Below are positions 12,550 to 27,478 of a stretch of 64,000 bases of DNA, one piece after another. Below the pieces are notes generated by a model. It did no database searches. It was not told the origin of the DNA and saw only the letters and a program-made list of their open reading frames with translations. The stretch comes from Octopus sinensis. Lineage: Eukaryota. A program made the position numbers and the translations under genes. The stretch's first letter is position 1; each line of letters opens with the position of its first letter. The DNA lies in NCBI RefSeq assembly GCF_006345805.1, contig NC_043012.1:18848001-18912000 (forward strand). The letters are read 5' to 3'.

Positions 12550-13852
12550 CTTTATTTTAAGCAGCAGAAAATTCAACAAAATCTGTTACTCTGAGTTTCT
12601 CGTTGCCGTTCATGAGAGAGTTTTTGCTAGAATGGAACTGATATATCAATTCAATCTAGACTCTTACAAACGCTACACCTTTAAAAAGAAATGGACTTGT
12701 TTGATTGGCCCTTTAGAAAAAAAACGGTCAATCTTCGAGCGATAAAGAAAAAGGTCAAAAATATATGTATATATATATAAAAAAGCTTATAAAAATTATA
12801 AAATCCGAGGAAAAACCTTACATTGAATAAAATACATATTGACATTAATGAAGGAAGTATAAATTAATTCATAGGAATTAAACCTGTTATAAATATTACA
12901 CTGCAATACATATTTTTATTAAAATGTGCATATATATATCAACATACACAAAAAGGATGCGCGCCAACGCCATACATATACAGACGTATGAATATAAATC
13001 TAAATATACACATAAATGCATGTGTACATATATTCACGCAAAACCATCTCGCACGCAAGTTAAAAATCATGTATGTAGCGATTCTCATATACTGAGTAAG
13101 GGGGGGAACGAAAGAAAGGAAGAGAGAGAAAAAGGAACGAAGGAGGGGTGGGGAAAAAACGAAATAAGAAAAAATTATGTATACAATCTGTGTAACGGCG
13201 TTATTGGCATATATGAAGGCAAGTATACAAACAAGTTCGTATGGATACATACATACAGTTGTGTATATGTGTGCTTAAGCACAAACATACTCTCACGCGC
13301 GCGTGAGTGAGTGTACGTGCGAGTTTGTGTGTGTAGGGGGGCGTGCGTGTTTGTCCGCCTATCTATGTGCTTGTGTACGTCTATATGGGCTTGCCCACAG
13401 CAGTGTATCCGTGCCCTTTACGTTGTTACCACCGGATAAAAACAGTGTAGTGGGTAAGCCCACGTACACACATAAACACAAATGCGGAACTCAAGGAAAC
13501 ACGCGTACGCACACCAACGGACACACACACACTGATACAGACAAAAACGGAGTCGCAGATGAGGGTACACATCGGAAAAGGACAGAAAAGACTAAGCGGA
13601 ACAGGAGCATGCACGTGGACGGAAATGATCACTGAAGAATTTATGGATGTGTGACGAAAGATTTCCGGACAATGAACATGAAATAAAATAAAAACAGTAA
13701 TAAAGGAGAAAAGAACGAATATATAGTTCATATGTTTATTTGGCAAAAACCAAAATTAAAATGACCGTCCCGAAATATAACAATACCTGTTTCAACACAC
13801 GGTTTCACATCAGGAATCTTGCAGCACAAATTCATGGATGTATACATACATG

Positions 13853-13923
<71 letters not shown>

Positions 13924-14266
13924 ATATATATATATATATTGACGTGTGTGTATCTAAACATATATATGTCTATATGTATAAATATTTTTTGTATATTTCT
14001 TCATGTGGAACTATTACTTATTCATAGTGCAGGTCTTCACAAAATTCTTGGTTCGTTGCATTTACAAGATCGATTCGATTCAGACAACAACCCTTATTTT
14101 GAGAACATGGACTTGTGAGATCTCCGTATGTACATGCAAACTTGAATATCTGTCTATGTATGTATGTATGTATGTATGTGTGTATGTATGTATGTATGCA
14201 TGTATCTAACTATCTATCTATCTGTTTGTCTGTCTATCTATCTCTCTCTCCCTCTCTCTCTCTATA

Positions 14267-14313
<47 letters not shown>

Positions 14314-14399
14314 GACTGTCTGGCTATAGTAATGTTGGCTTATATGTTCCGTTATACGAAATACATTTACACATTATCTGATCGATTGGTCTATACTTC

Positions 14400-14930
14400 T
14401 GGAGAGTAGAAATTTCTTATTCTTACACAAGAGAGATGTTGACATGTTGACAGAGAGTTCGGAGTTTCGGCAGGCTACGTCATCATCTGTTGATAGTTCA
14501 CTAGATCGAAACCCCAAAAAATATTCTATTATTATATATATATGTAATGGAACAAAAGCGTAACAGGTGACAACAAAGCATCCGGACAGACACAAACAGG
14601 CAAAAACAAGAACAGGTTATTTGGAGCTTCCTATCGTCAGTCGTTTCTCAGATTATCTTAGTAGTTTTGGCCGGTTACACTCGAGAGTGCTCCAATCTGG
14701 CCGGCCCCATATGTATGTTAATATATATATTGATAGAAATGTCAAGTCAACAAAAGAATGAAAGAGAACTCGATAATACGTAAATAGAGGAATTTATCTG
14801 CAAATATATGTTACAATTCGTCGGTAGCCATGATAAACTCCGTGTGTTTTAATACCATCTTTTTCGATGGCCCGATAACTGAAGAGATGCCGGCGTGGAT
14901 TTCCGCCCCGACTTCCAGAACTCGGAACAA
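14400..14930. mobile_element. Penelope-like terminal-repeat remnants with two degenerate hammerhead-like motifs
   Basis: Minus 14455-14490 reads ATGATGA-cgtagcctgcc-GAAAC-tccg. Plus 14879-14927 reads CTGAAGA-gatgccggcg...cgccccgacttc-cagaactcgg. Confidence 0.45.
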
Positions 14931-15028
14931 ATTATATATATATATATATAAATACACACACACACACACCTAATATATGTATACATATATATATACTCAC
15001 ACACACACACTCATAAATGTACATTCGA

Positions 15029-15123
<95 letters not shown>

Positions 15124-15227
15124 ATAAACAACACTATGCGCATTCGAAATACGTATGTATGCGTGTATATATGTAATGGAGAGTGTTTGTGTGAGGGAAA
15201 ATGAAAGACATATACCAGTATGTGTGT

Positions 15228-15258
<31 letters not shown>

Positions 15259-16280
15259 TTGTGTGAGTGCTCCATCATCTCTGCCAACGCACGTGTACTT
15301 TTATATATGTCAAAATCAAGAATTTAAATATATTCTCTTTGATTGGAATGTGTGAAACAGTTTGGACAATGATAATTATTTTCGTATTAAATGTGGATGC
15401 AACAAATTTGTGTCTTTATTAGCACTATAGGTTAAACAGAATTGATTTTTTTTTCCACCGTTATATTTACATTTCAACTGAAGTTATTTTATAGCGCACG
15501 AATGTAATCAATTGTCGTCATTATATCGGAATATATTTTGGAGTAATCAATCATACATTAAGAAAATATTGCGTAGAAATATATTGTATTAAATTTTATT
15601 ATATTTTGAAAGGAAATAAAATATAAAAAAAAGTAAAGAGATACAAACTGAAATCCTGAAAAGTGTGCTATTAATTCTCAAACTTCAATATTCTCGTTGC
15701 AATCATCATAGATTGTATTGAAATATCTTGCTTTAAACGTCAGTAAAGGCATGACGTAAAAATAAAATAGGTACGTTGCAAGGCACGATTCACATCATAA
15801 ATAATTATTATAAACGAAATTTGCTTTGTTCGCATCAGGTATAGTTTACATGATTTGTAAGAAGTATGAACAAAAACTAAAACTATATCAGGCGCAATTT
15901 ACGGTTTTATAAATTGTTTCTTCAAATGTAAAATATCGATGCCTTTCACATATGTTCAGCCATGTATATATACACCATTACATACTCAGCTACAAAAATT
16001 ATATACGCAGTCAATTGTATATACGTGTGCGCGTGTGTGCCTGTGTGCGTGCGTGTGGGCGCGCACGTGAACACCCATGTGTATGTATGAGTTTTAAATA
16101 TGTATGCGGTTATATATATATATATATGTAAATACATGTGTATATATATGTATATCCATATACATATATATACACATATATCTATATATGTATAACTATA
16201 TGTATATATATATAACTATATATATGTTTATATATTTATATGTTTGAGGATATTTATATATATAACTATATATACGTATG

Positions 16281-16329
<49 letters not shown>

Positions 16330-16335
16330 ATATAT

Positions 16336-16378
<43 letters not shown>

Positions 16379-17685
16379 ATATATACTCTTATGCAGGCGT
16401 GATTTTTTTATCTGTATTCCTCTGACACACTAATTTTTTGTCATTTTGATATTTGTAGACGCATAATTAGCATTTCTTTAGCTGTTGAACACATACCCTC
16501 TCATGGAAACACTTTGCTACTGTTATGCGTATCTGTTTTTATATTCTTATTTACATATATTATTGAACATCTAAATTTTAATGGCAATATGCATTTAAAT
16601 TTTACTTCACAGAGAAAATGATGATATTCTCTTTCACTCAAATTCTTCTTGAAATATAGTTATTATTTAAAACATCAATTTGTATAATTCAACATATTCC
16701 TGTGTAGTTTTAAATTGGTAATTTCACGTTACATAAACTCCTTGTGTTTTTACACCAATATCATGCGCATATGACATAGAATTGCATAAACCACATGATC
16801 TAGTTTCGTTCTTATAAGACACTTCGAGGAATACAGCGTAAAAACAAAACGTATAAATGTAATAAATATGAATTAATACATGCATTGTTAGTGACCTCGA
16901 AGTTCTAGCAATGAAGTCATCGTTGGACTGCAATGTATTAGAGGTAACCTTCATTTTAAATCCTCTCTTGGGTGTCAGATTTCCAGTAGAATGTTAACTA
17001 AATGGATTGTTATGGAGGAGTGTTTTGAAGTAATTTATCTTCATTAAATTTAGGGATTATTTTATTGTTTAGAATTTATTTGCATGTGTAGAAATTTGAA
17101 AACAAGTGTGAATATTTAGTCGTGTTTCTCTGTTTGCCGGTAGGTAGGCGAAGTGTTAGTAGTTATAGTTAATGTTTGTTTCTTATTATTTTTCTTTCGG
17201 ATTTAAACCTTTGCTTTGGCAATGTAAGGTTGAAAGTTTAGTCAATTACTTAAAATCTTAGAAATTAAGTGTGTCAACTTTGTTGTAATCCAATTTTTTA
17301 GGAGTTCACAAATGAATGAATTCAGGTGGTCTGTTTAAGCTGGTCATCTTTACTAGTTACGGCTGTTATTCAGAGTAGTTCGTGTTTTTTTGGGGGGGAG
17401 TGGGAGATATTACTCGGGCATGTGCTTTTAGCATAGAAATGTGTTCATCTTCTGCTGTGATGTTCCCAGGCGGGTGCCGGTGGTTACTAAAAGGATGTTC
17501 GTGTGTATGATTCTCAACAATATATTAATTCGTATGAACTCTTCTAGTCATTCGATGTTTTAAAAAAGTCCTATTATTTATTTTAAAACATGTATTAGGG
17601 ATTATATGATACAAATTATTATTAAAATATATTGTGTATTGTATTTGTATAACAAATTTATTGTAGATTGCAAGTTTATTGCGAA

Positions 17686-18076
17686 AGTGGCTGCATGTCG
17701 AGAAGCGTGCCTCCCAACCACATGACTCCGGGTTCAGTCCCGCTGTGAGGCACATTGGGCAAAGGCTTTATATCATAATCTTGGGCCGACCAAATTCTTG
17801 AGACTTGATTTGGTTGACGGAAACTGAAAGAAGCCCGACCCCCACAAATATTGTATGTGTGTGGGTGTGGGTGTGTTTGTCACTATCACCATGTAAGCAG
17901 GTATCGGTGTGTTTACGTCCCCGTAAGGCAGTGGTTCGATAGAAGTGGCCCATAGAGTTGGTACTAAGCTTCAAAAATAGATCCTGGTGTCGACTTGTTC
18001 GATTAAGACAATTTCAGGCCGTGTTCCTGCGTCGCCACTGTCAAAATGACAGAAATACGTAAAAGACTAAAAGAAT
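17686..18076 (+). mobile_element. SINE type A, diverged
   Basis: ccgggttcagtccc...gacggaaactgaaagaagccc...gtaaaagactaaaaga, colinear with 8575-8990. Confidence 0.85.
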
Positions 18077-18311
18077 ATATTTCAATTACAAAATCTCATA
18101 CGGAACCACAAGATCTGTCTGGACCCCGATCGATAACCACTGAGCGGTAACTACTTTGTGCTCTATGGTGGTAGAGTTTTGAAATGTTTCTTTAATTCTG
18201 CTTGAGACGTGGGTATATTATGACATACTATTTAAGGCCTCTGGGTATATGCAAAAGCGTGTCAATATCATACGCACACACACGCACACACACACACATA
18301 CACACACACAA

Positions 18312-18348
<37 letters not shown>

Positions 18349-18534
18349 ATATATATATATATATACACACATATATATATACATACACATATATACATAC
18401 ATATATATACACACATATGTACACGCATATATACACATACATATAGATATATATTCACATTTACATCTATATCTCTCTATCTATATATATATATATTCAC
18501 ACGCATATATTTACACATATATATACAGAAATAC

Positions 18535-18612
<78 letters not shown>

Positions 18613-19483
18613 GTACACGTGTGTGCGTGTTTGTATATGCATACACGTATATATTCATACACACACATATATGTAAATATGTACAGATGTTCATGCGTGC
18701 ACACGGGGACATATGTGTACGAGTATGTACGTGTGGGGGAGACGATATGTGTGAATTTTGTGAGAATTGAATGATATCAAAAGAAGAAGACAGACATGTA
18801 TAGAGTTATTATTATGCGCATTAATCGATTTTAAATTAATAGCTGGATAATTATTTCCGTTTATATATTCTTAATGAAGGCCTAATATGTATATATCTGT
18901 CAGATGGGTTACTAAAATCACTATTTCTAATGCAGCGAGTGTAATTATCAACACATTAATTGTGTTACTTTATGACATTTTCATTATGAGATAATCCAGA
19001 TGTATAAGTCATTCAGACTTATTCAGTGAGTTTGGTTTCGGTACAAATCTTCAAATATATTTAGTATTACCACGTCTATCATAGCGATTTTGTCTTAGTT
19101 TCTTCCAATATTGATAATTTATTCCGGAATACTACAACAATCATTCCATCGAAATTTAATTGCTTTCTCTTTATATAATAATATAATCATTCATCATGTT
19201 TGTAATATTAAAGTAAAAGTTACAATAAATTGATCGCGATAAGAATTCTCATAGATACAATCGTCTTCGCTAAACTTGCAAATTCTGTCTGCTCAGAGTG
19301 AGACAATATTGAATTTTTTAACACATTGAAAAATCTTCTTCAAACATTTTTTTTTTTTTGCTAACACAAAGATAAAATGTAAAAGAATAGAAAATTAAAT
19401 TAGTCAGTTCAGAGTCAATGTGCCAGCCTCATTACTTATACAGTTTTCAATAATTTTATTTTCAAAAAAATCTCGAAGTGGAT

Positions 19484-19490
19484 AATAATG

Positions 19491-19534
<44 letters not shown>

Positions 19535-19550
19535 TAATAATAATAATAAT
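19484..19550. repeat. (TAA)n microsatellite
   Basis: Direct observation; abuts the tail of a SINE type B copy. Confidence 0.95.
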
Positions 19551-19677
19551 TTCATATTTTGGCATACAACCAGCAATTTCGGGGAACGGATCAGTAGATT
19601 GCAGCGGCCCCAATATATATTTTATCGACTCCGAAGGACGAAAGGCAAAGTCGACCACGGCGGAATTTGAATTCAGA
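19550..19677 (-). mobile_element. SINE type B fragment
   Basis: ccgaaggacgaaaggcaaagtcgaccacggcggaatttgaattcaga. Confidence 0.85.
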
Positions 19678-21330
19678 TCGTGCTTAGTTTTTGGTAGGTC
19701 TTGACAGATAAGTTTATATCGATTGGGACAGTCGTATCAATGAGGAGGCATGAGTTTGTCTGAAGTCTTTCAATATAATGTCTGGCCTATTTCCATCTAT
19801 CTTTCTGTCCGTTTGAATGGTGAAGTTCCAGATGAGTGAGATGTGATCATTTTGAAGCACTGGAGGTGGTTTGTGTTCCTACCAGTTTTTATCATGGGGC
19901 AGGTCCACGTTTTTGCAAATTACTCAGTGAATAAATTGTGCAGCTCTATCATGCCTATTTTGTTGTTGACAGACACATGTTGGGCTACTGCCGTTCTTTA
20001 ATATGTTGGCTTGGTAGTTTCTTGCAGGTAGGCAATGATCTCGGGCTGCTATGATGAACCCTTCTGTTTCTGATTTTGAGCGAGAAGCCATTAACTATTG
20101 ATGCGTAAGGGCTTTGTCAACATCGGTATTATTTGCTCTCTTTAGGTAGTTGCCATTGAGAAGTTTTTCTTGCCATTTATCAGTAAGAATATCTAAGGCA
20201 GCAGTTTTACCACGGGTTTTCATAACTTGTTCTGAATTTGTTTCTAGTACGATTAATTCTGGAAATTAGTGTATTGGGAATTACCTTATATATTCCTTTG
20301 TTTGTTTTGTTACTGAGTATGATGCTTTCTTGTTTTTATGTTTTGAGATAAGTTTTAACATCCAGTCTTCAGCGTTTTTCAGGTAGGTAACTAGGTCAAT
20401 TGTGGCAATCTTCATTGTTAATTCCAGTTATAAAAGTCCACGGCCTCCACCTTTTCTTGGCAGATAAAGTCGTTCTATATCTACTTTAAGGAGGTGCATT
20501 CTATGCATTGTGAAAACTTTTCGTATTTTTTTGTCAAGATTACATATTTTAATAATTGACCAGTTAATGATATTGAAATCTGAGTCACGACTGGTATGGC
20601 TAAAGTATTGATCGCTTCGATCTTGTTTCTTGCAATTTGCTCTGTCTTTAGTATGTTGCCCTTACCCTACGATAACATTCTCAAATGATCCTTTCCCTCA
20701 TCACTGAAGTTTTGATTCCGTCCCCTTCAAATACCCCTAGGTGTTTGTAGCTCTCCGCTGGCTCTAATTCCTTTATGACATTCTGTTGGTCAAGGTTAAC
20801 GTTAGATGTTTCTGTCATTTTTCCTTTGATATAGGTAGCTTTTGCACATTGATCGAGGCCAAATTACATCCTGATGTAATCACTTAATTGTTTAACATTC
20901 TTGTAAAGTTTTGTTACCAGATTATGGATCTCAGGGAAGACATTCAACAAGAAATTAGGAATTTTATCCTTTCCTGGATACTTCCATTCGCTTGACTTCT
21001 TGAGAAGAGATCGTACGTCCTCTACCTTGACACCCTCCCACTTTTGCTCTTCTAAGGTGTCTACGTTTGTAGATATTCTATCAATCCAACGGGCCTTTCA
21101 TTGTGCGTTTTTTCTTCTGCCCAAAATTTCTTCCGAAATCTCTGCACTTCTTCTTTTGATGAAACATACTGTAACTGGTGTTTTCCCTATCTTCCCGTAC
21201 AAACTTTTGGGTTTATTTTGGAACATGTTGTCCTTGAAGAATCTAGGAAATTTTTCATACCTTACTATGCCGGCAGCTTTAGCACATACCTGTTCCTTGA
21301 TCGTTTCTGTGGTTGTATCCATGTCAAATA
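19678..21330 (-). mobile_element. decayed RLE-clade non-LTR retrotransposon (R4/Dong-like) with internal deletion
   Basis: Translation across stops and frameshifts: WKYPGKDKIPNF, then DYIRM*FGLDQCA, YKHLGV, NKIEAINTLAIPVVT, ERLYLPRKGGGRGL, SETEGFIIAARD, RHDRAAQFIH, IWNFTIQTDRKIDGNRPDIIL (RLE PD motif). Confidence 0.92.
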
Positions 21331-21482
21331 TGGTTTTTATATTATACTTTTCTTAATTAGTATCATTACTATTGTTGTTTTTGTTATTGTTGTTGTTATT
21401 ATTGTTGTTGTTGCTGTTGTTGTTATTATTATTATTAACATTATTATTTGTATTTTATTATCAACACGATTATCATTAAAAC

Positions 21483-21697
21483 AGTGAGCTGGCAGAATAG
21501 TTAGCATGCCGTGCAAAATACCCAGCGGCGTTCCACCCGTTTTATTTCGGGTGTTCATACTCCCACGAGGTCAATTTTGCTTTTTCTTTCCAGCGTCTGT
21601 AAAGATACTACCAATGAAAAACTGGATTCAATGTAATGGATTTCCACCTTCCTTCAAATACTGCTAACACTGAGCTAAAATTTGAAACCATTATTAT
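21483..21697 (+). mobile_element. SINE type B, diverged
   Basis: gagctggcagaatagttagcatgccg...gaggtcaattttgc...aaaatttgaaaccattatt. Confidence 0.8.
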
Positions 21698-23592
21698 TTT
21701 TGACTTTAAGCAAAGTGAAATCTAATAAAATTGCTCTTAAATTTAGAAAATCACATCATTCTTAGATTAATTTTAATATACGTTATATTTCAACATACGC
21801 AATCGATTACTTTTTCTTTATTTACAAGAATCTGTGCCATAATTTCAGGCGTTGGTACACAGTCGAACATCCGGACTATAGTTTGACTTTTCACATTTCG
21901 TCACGTACGCTTTGTAGTGTCCGTGATCGAGACATTTAGCTTCCGCTGGTGAGTGAACCAATTTAGTTATTATATACCACACTATGCAGTTGCAATTAGT
22001 AGTGGTGTAAAAATTGGACGCTCTGTATAATTAAAAACTATTTTGTTATCGTGCAGAAGTTTATGTAAAGAACTCTGCTTGAGCCTGATCTCGATAATGT
22101 CAAGCCATTGCTGTTTATTCTCAATAAAAATTCCAAAATCAGCAGGAATTCAATTTCCTTCAAGAAAACAAATGACATAATTGAAAGAAAGAAGAACGTC
22201 AACAACAATACAACTGACACCACTGTCAGCAACAATAACTTTATCTATATATTTTCTAGAGTCGGGAATATTTATTGTTTATAACAAATTCTGCTTTTGC
22301 TATTAAATATTACTCTCTTAATTATAGTCTATTACTATCGTAATAAATGTTAATTTTGTTTTGATCCGTTTATTTTTATCGATGTGTTTGATCTTGTTTT
22401 GCGTTTTATTTTTCTCTCAATCTTCTCTCGTCTTCTAATCATACAGTGTGGTTCCTGATGCCACAGATCACATTCTTCCTCTTGTTAATATCACAGAACA
22501 GGAATTTTGGCCGAATAACAATGACGTTGGAATCAATTTATTTCTATTTTTTTTCATTTCATACAACTGGATGTCACAGGCCACTTGACACCTTCGCTTA
22601 CCTAAAGGTACGAATGGAGATTAAATCAATGACATTCCTGTTTTAAAATCTAATGAAATTGTCATGTCCCCATAGTAACAGCTTCTGGAAAACGTAATCC
22701 GTAATTCCTTTGTTGAGATCTTCTGTTCTATCGATCCACTTCTAAATATTTCAAATGTCAACGTTACTCCATGAGAAATTCCCGTCGTGTCACAGAAGTT
22801 AAATTGTATCCTTTCAAATGCAGCAAATGAACCCTTTTTACAGAATGTGAAACGTGCAAAACTGATGTTTTTTTCATTTTTTTTTTTCATTTGCCTTTCA
22901 TGTGTCGTCAATTGCATTGTGAAATTTCATAGTTTAACCTCCATAATTATTAAATGTAATATTTTCCTTCTTCAATACTCTTACAACCACTACTACTTAT
23001 ACTGACACATGTTAGCGACAGCCGCTGCGGTTCGCGAATGATACACATAGTATTGAATTACCTGAAACTAATGAATGAGAGAGTATCATAGTAGCAAGTG
23101 ATATAAGGAGTGAACGTGCATTGCTGACTGCGACTACGTAGATTCAATACAGATAGGTGGTACCACACTAAACGTTAGTAGTAATTTGTTCCTTTCTGCT
23201 AATGGAAATATTTGATATTATATGGAAAGAACAAACGAACGAATTCTGAACTGTTTCAACTAAATACAACTTACGAGAGAGAATTAATTCGTATTATTTC
23301 GAAAAGACATGGCAATTTTTATATATGAGTATACACCTGTGTGTATATGTGTGTTTGACCGTGTGTTTATGTATTCTATTTTTTACTAGCTGAGTGGTGA
23401 CAGTAACATCGAAGTTTCAAACTACAAACATTTATCGCATAGTGGTACACTAAATTGTGTTCTTTGTAGCTATGTTATTTAGTAGTTTAATGTTAAAATA
23501 TTGTTTTATCATTACTAATTACAGTAGCAGATATTCGGTTTCATATATATACACATATACAAAAACAAACATATGTATATAAAGAATGACTA

Positions 23593-23625
<33 letters not shown>

Positions 23626-23709
23626 TGTATGTATGTATGTATGTATGTATGTATGTATGTATGTGTGTATGCATATATATAAATGCATGGATTTATGTAT
23701 ATTTATGTA

Positions 23710-23741
<32 letters not shown>

Positions 23742-24054
23742 CATGTGAGTATGAATATATATATATATATATGTAAAATTAAATTTAAATATAGAATAGT
23801 ATAGTAGTCAGCATGAAAATCATATAGAGAAAATTTATAATTATTTCCGTTAAATGCATTTAGAATATTAAGGGAATTACTACACGTAAATGCCTCATGC
23901 TATGAGGGTTTTAAAAGTCAAAACTGCTATAATAAATATACAGTTTGCCGATAGCGAGGGAATGCAATTTGAAAAATCTCTCTTCAAAAGCAGAATGTAT
24001 GTGTGTGTCTGTGAATGCATGTAAGTATGTATGTCTGCATATAGATTTATATGT

Positions 24055-24089
<35 letters not shown>

Positions 24090-24204
24090 ATATTGGATCT
24101 ATCTATCTATCTATTTATCTATCTATCTGTCTATATATCTATCAATCGATCTATCAATCTGTCTATCTTTCTCGCTCTCTCTCACGCTATGTATATACAT
24201 ATAT

Positions 24205-24414
24205 ATGTGTGTGTGTGTGTTTGCCCTGAACTTCGCTTGACAACCGATGCTGGTGTGCTTACGTCCCCGTAATTTAGCGGTTCGGCAAAAAAGACCGATA
24301 AAATACTTACTAGGCATACAAAGAATAAGTCCAGATGTCGATTTTCTCGACTAATGGCGGTGCTCCAGTATGGCTACAGTCAATTAACTGAAACAAGTAA
24401 AAGGGTTAAAGAGT
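24205..24414 (+). mobile_element. SINE type A 3' half
   Basis: gcttgacaaccgatgctggtgtg...agcggttcggcaaaa...ctgaaacaagtaaaag. Confidence 0.88.
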
Positions 24415-24464
24415 ATATATTATATATATATATATATTATATATATATATATATATTATATATA

Positions 24465-24518
<54 letters not shown>

Positions 24519-24539
24519 ATATAATATATATATATATTC

Positions 24540-24680
24540 TTTTATTGCTTTCCTTGTTTCCACATATGTCTCCAGCCAACCTGGAGCACCGCCTTCAGAC
24601 GAACACAACCCCCTCCCCCAGGATTTATTCATAGTAAGCCTAATACTTATTGTATGGTTCACTTTTGGCGGCTGAAGTTC
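24540..24680 (-). mobile_element. SINE type A 3' fragment, diverged
   Basis: ctggagcaccgcctt...ccccaggatttattcatagtaagcctaatacttatt. Confidence 0.65.
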
Positions 24681-25777
24681 CAGTCGGCAGTGCCAACTTT
24701 GAAATATATAGATCGATAAACTTTTTTCATTTTATAGCAAAATACGCACCTAATTCAATAAAATTATGAAGGTTAATCTGCTTGTTATGCATATAGTGTA
24801 AAATTATTTAGTATTTTTTTAGATTCGGTACGCATAATTCGCCCATATTTTCAATGATAGTATTGGAAGCTAAGCATAGTACTGCTATAGTACATGTGCT
24901 ACGCAGACTCCGACAACACATTTTTCGTTACGTGCTATACTACAGAAGGGTCACCAACTGCCGACGCTGAGCAATTACTGACGTCACTTACCTGATATCT
25001 ACCTATCTATTTATCTAGGTATCTATCTACCTATCTACATATCTATCTATCCATATAAATATATATATTTGAGGTGTATTCCGTTAAGAATGAATGGACC
25101 TCGTTCACCCTTAGTGGTCATTAAACATCTTTAGAATAATACTCCCTCTTGCTTTCGAATCTATTCTTTCCTTTATATATATATATATGTCTCTGTTAGC
25201 AATATCAAACACTTCCAGCGTCAGCGTTGGCATCACAATCTTAACAAAAACCGTAGTAATTTAAATAACGTTTTAGCCCATGAAATATGCTAGACATACA
25301 AGTAAGGGATAGTCAGATTCTGAATGATGCATTTAAATGCAGGGGTACTTAATCGGGGTTTACTAAGCCCCGAATAACAACAAATACAAGGAAAACAATG
25401 TTATGTTGTTGTAAAGGCATACCAAGTGTGATAATAATAATTAGCTGACGAAGAAGAATGTCTACATACAACCGTATTTTAATTAATTCTATTGTCTTAG
25501 TTGTGCTGATTTCCTTTCCATTCATTTCGTAATTACTATATTGACTCATCTCATGTCTGCTAATATATCAGGAATTGTCAGTTGTAAAGGCATTTCGGTT
25601 ATCTCGATTTAGACAGTAAATCTATAAATTGATTAAACAATTTGTTATCTATGAACACGTTGACAGAATAATTACTATTTGTACACTCATAAATATAACT
25701 ACATGGATAGCGGCATAGTTATAGAAATAAATGCATGATCATATAAAAACTGCTATCGATTCATAAATACATACGCA

Positions 25778-25818
<41 letters not shown>

Positions 25819-26029
25819 CACACACATGCATATTATGTATATGTAAATCAATAGACATGCAAAAACATGTATGCATTACACACTACACACATACTCACAC
25901 ACATTCATATTTATATATTTATTTACACACACACACACACACACACATACACACACACACACATACACACACATATATATATATATATATGAAAAACAAT
26001 GAAGGAGAATGATACTGCTGAAACATAAG

Positions 26030-26255
26030 TTCAGAAATCCATTTGCCCGGGTTCTTTGGCCTACATATCCCTCTCGACGCCGAACGGACTCAAGCCTGAC
26101 GCCCGATTATTCCTTTCTGGAAACTCAGTAGCCTGAAACGCAAAAAGGTGAAATGAAGAATTTTGCTGAAGTTGCAACTCATTACCTAGTCCAAGAACAG
26201 TGACTACAATCTTATGGTTACTGATTGCACCCTAAACGCTAAGCCACGTTCCTTC
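26030..26255 (-). mobile_element. degenerate tRNA-derived SINE (type D-like)
   Basis: The reverse strand starts aggaacgtggcttagcgtttagggtg, resembling the 61719 head. Confidence 0.5.
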
Positions 26256-26367
26256 CTACGCACACACACACACCCATACGCACACACAGAAACACTATTT
26301 ATGCTTATCCATATATAAACATATATATATACATATATATAAACATACGTATCTAGATATATGTGTA

Positions 26368-26400
<33 letters not shown>

Positions 26401-26658
26401 TTATAAATTAGGGTATCTACGAGATACCACCATGCTGAAAATAGCAGCCATGATCTGACACTAAAACTCACCTAAATTGTCCATTTATCAAAACGGAGAG
26501 AAAACAAGAGACAAGATGAATGATAAACTAGTTGTTTTATTTTGAAATTGACGATCTTCTCCTTATTTATATAAATTTAAATATATATACATACACACAG
26601 ACACATACACCACATACCACACACACACACACACACATACACACACACACACACACAC

Positions 26659-26733
<75 letters not shown>

Positions 26734-26769
26734 AATGGGTTTGTATGATTGTGTGTAGAAAAGTATATA

Positions 26770-26915
26770 TACTCAAAGACGAAGACCGGTGGTGTACAAA
26801 ACAAACAGATGTATTAGTATAACGCTCACGAATTGAAAAAATCTTTTACGTTTTGATCCTACGTTCTTCTACAGAGGAGAAAAATGTGTGTAGTGGCTAC
26901 CGATCTAAGACCCAA
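26770..26915 (-). mobile_element. PLE terminal-repeat-like remnant with decayed hammerhead-like motif
   Basis: Minus strand CTGTAGA-agaacgtaggatc-AAAAC-GTA, the same layout as 60119-60155. Confidence 0.4.
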
Positions 26916-27430
26916 AGTCTGTGCATGTGTACATATGCATGTGTATGCATAGGCTATGTATATATCTGTATGTTTGTATATGTATATATAAATATTCTTA
27001 CATAAATATGTATATGAGTGCATGCGTACTTATGTCATTTTATCTCTTTCTTCCTCTCATTTTCTCTTCCTGTTTTAAATTTAACCTATCTCCCCTTTCT
27101 AATCACACACATCTCTCATCTCTCCCATCTATCCACAAATACAACCAATCCATTCTCAAATTTTCATTCACACCACAAAACCCCATGGAACGAGCCACAC
27201 TGACACAACGGCTGCATCGTTTGAAACGACTAAACATAAACTGCTATTGGAACTTACATACCATGTACAGGAAACTTTTAACAACTTCCACACACCATTA
27301 TCCTCGAATAATGGAACTGCGATAACAATATCTTTATACATCTTATTTCTACTTTCATTCTCTTAATTCCCTTTATCTTCGCTATCTCCTCAGTTTCCAC
27401 AATAATTCGAACTCAAATATTTTCGACGCC

Positions 27431-27478
27431 GTCTCTCATGAAGGGATATCCATAATATCCCAGAAACAGAAGTAAGAG
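27431..27478 (+). ncRNA. minimal hammerhead-ribozyme-like motif (core mutated)
   Basis: tct-CTCATGA-a-GGGATAT-ccata-ATATCCC-a-GAAAC-agaa-GTA-aga. Perfect 7-bp stem II and 3-bp stem I; G5->C. Confidence 0.6.

Noticed and set aside
13785-13815. Hammerhead-like CTGATGT...GAAAC on the minus strand
   Set aside because: It belongs to the repeat also seen at 7440-7530, where the boxes are not retained.
22447-22870. Exon or transposase-like reading after a good acceptor (VVPDATDHILPL...)
   Set aside because: Stops occur in all plus frames and the resemblance to transposon proteins is only vague, so it cannot be supported.
24979-24994. CRE palindrome TGACGTCA next to a minus-strand CAG|GTAAGT
   Set aside because: An 8-mer is expected by chance in 64 kb, and the would-be exon is (TATC)n repeat.
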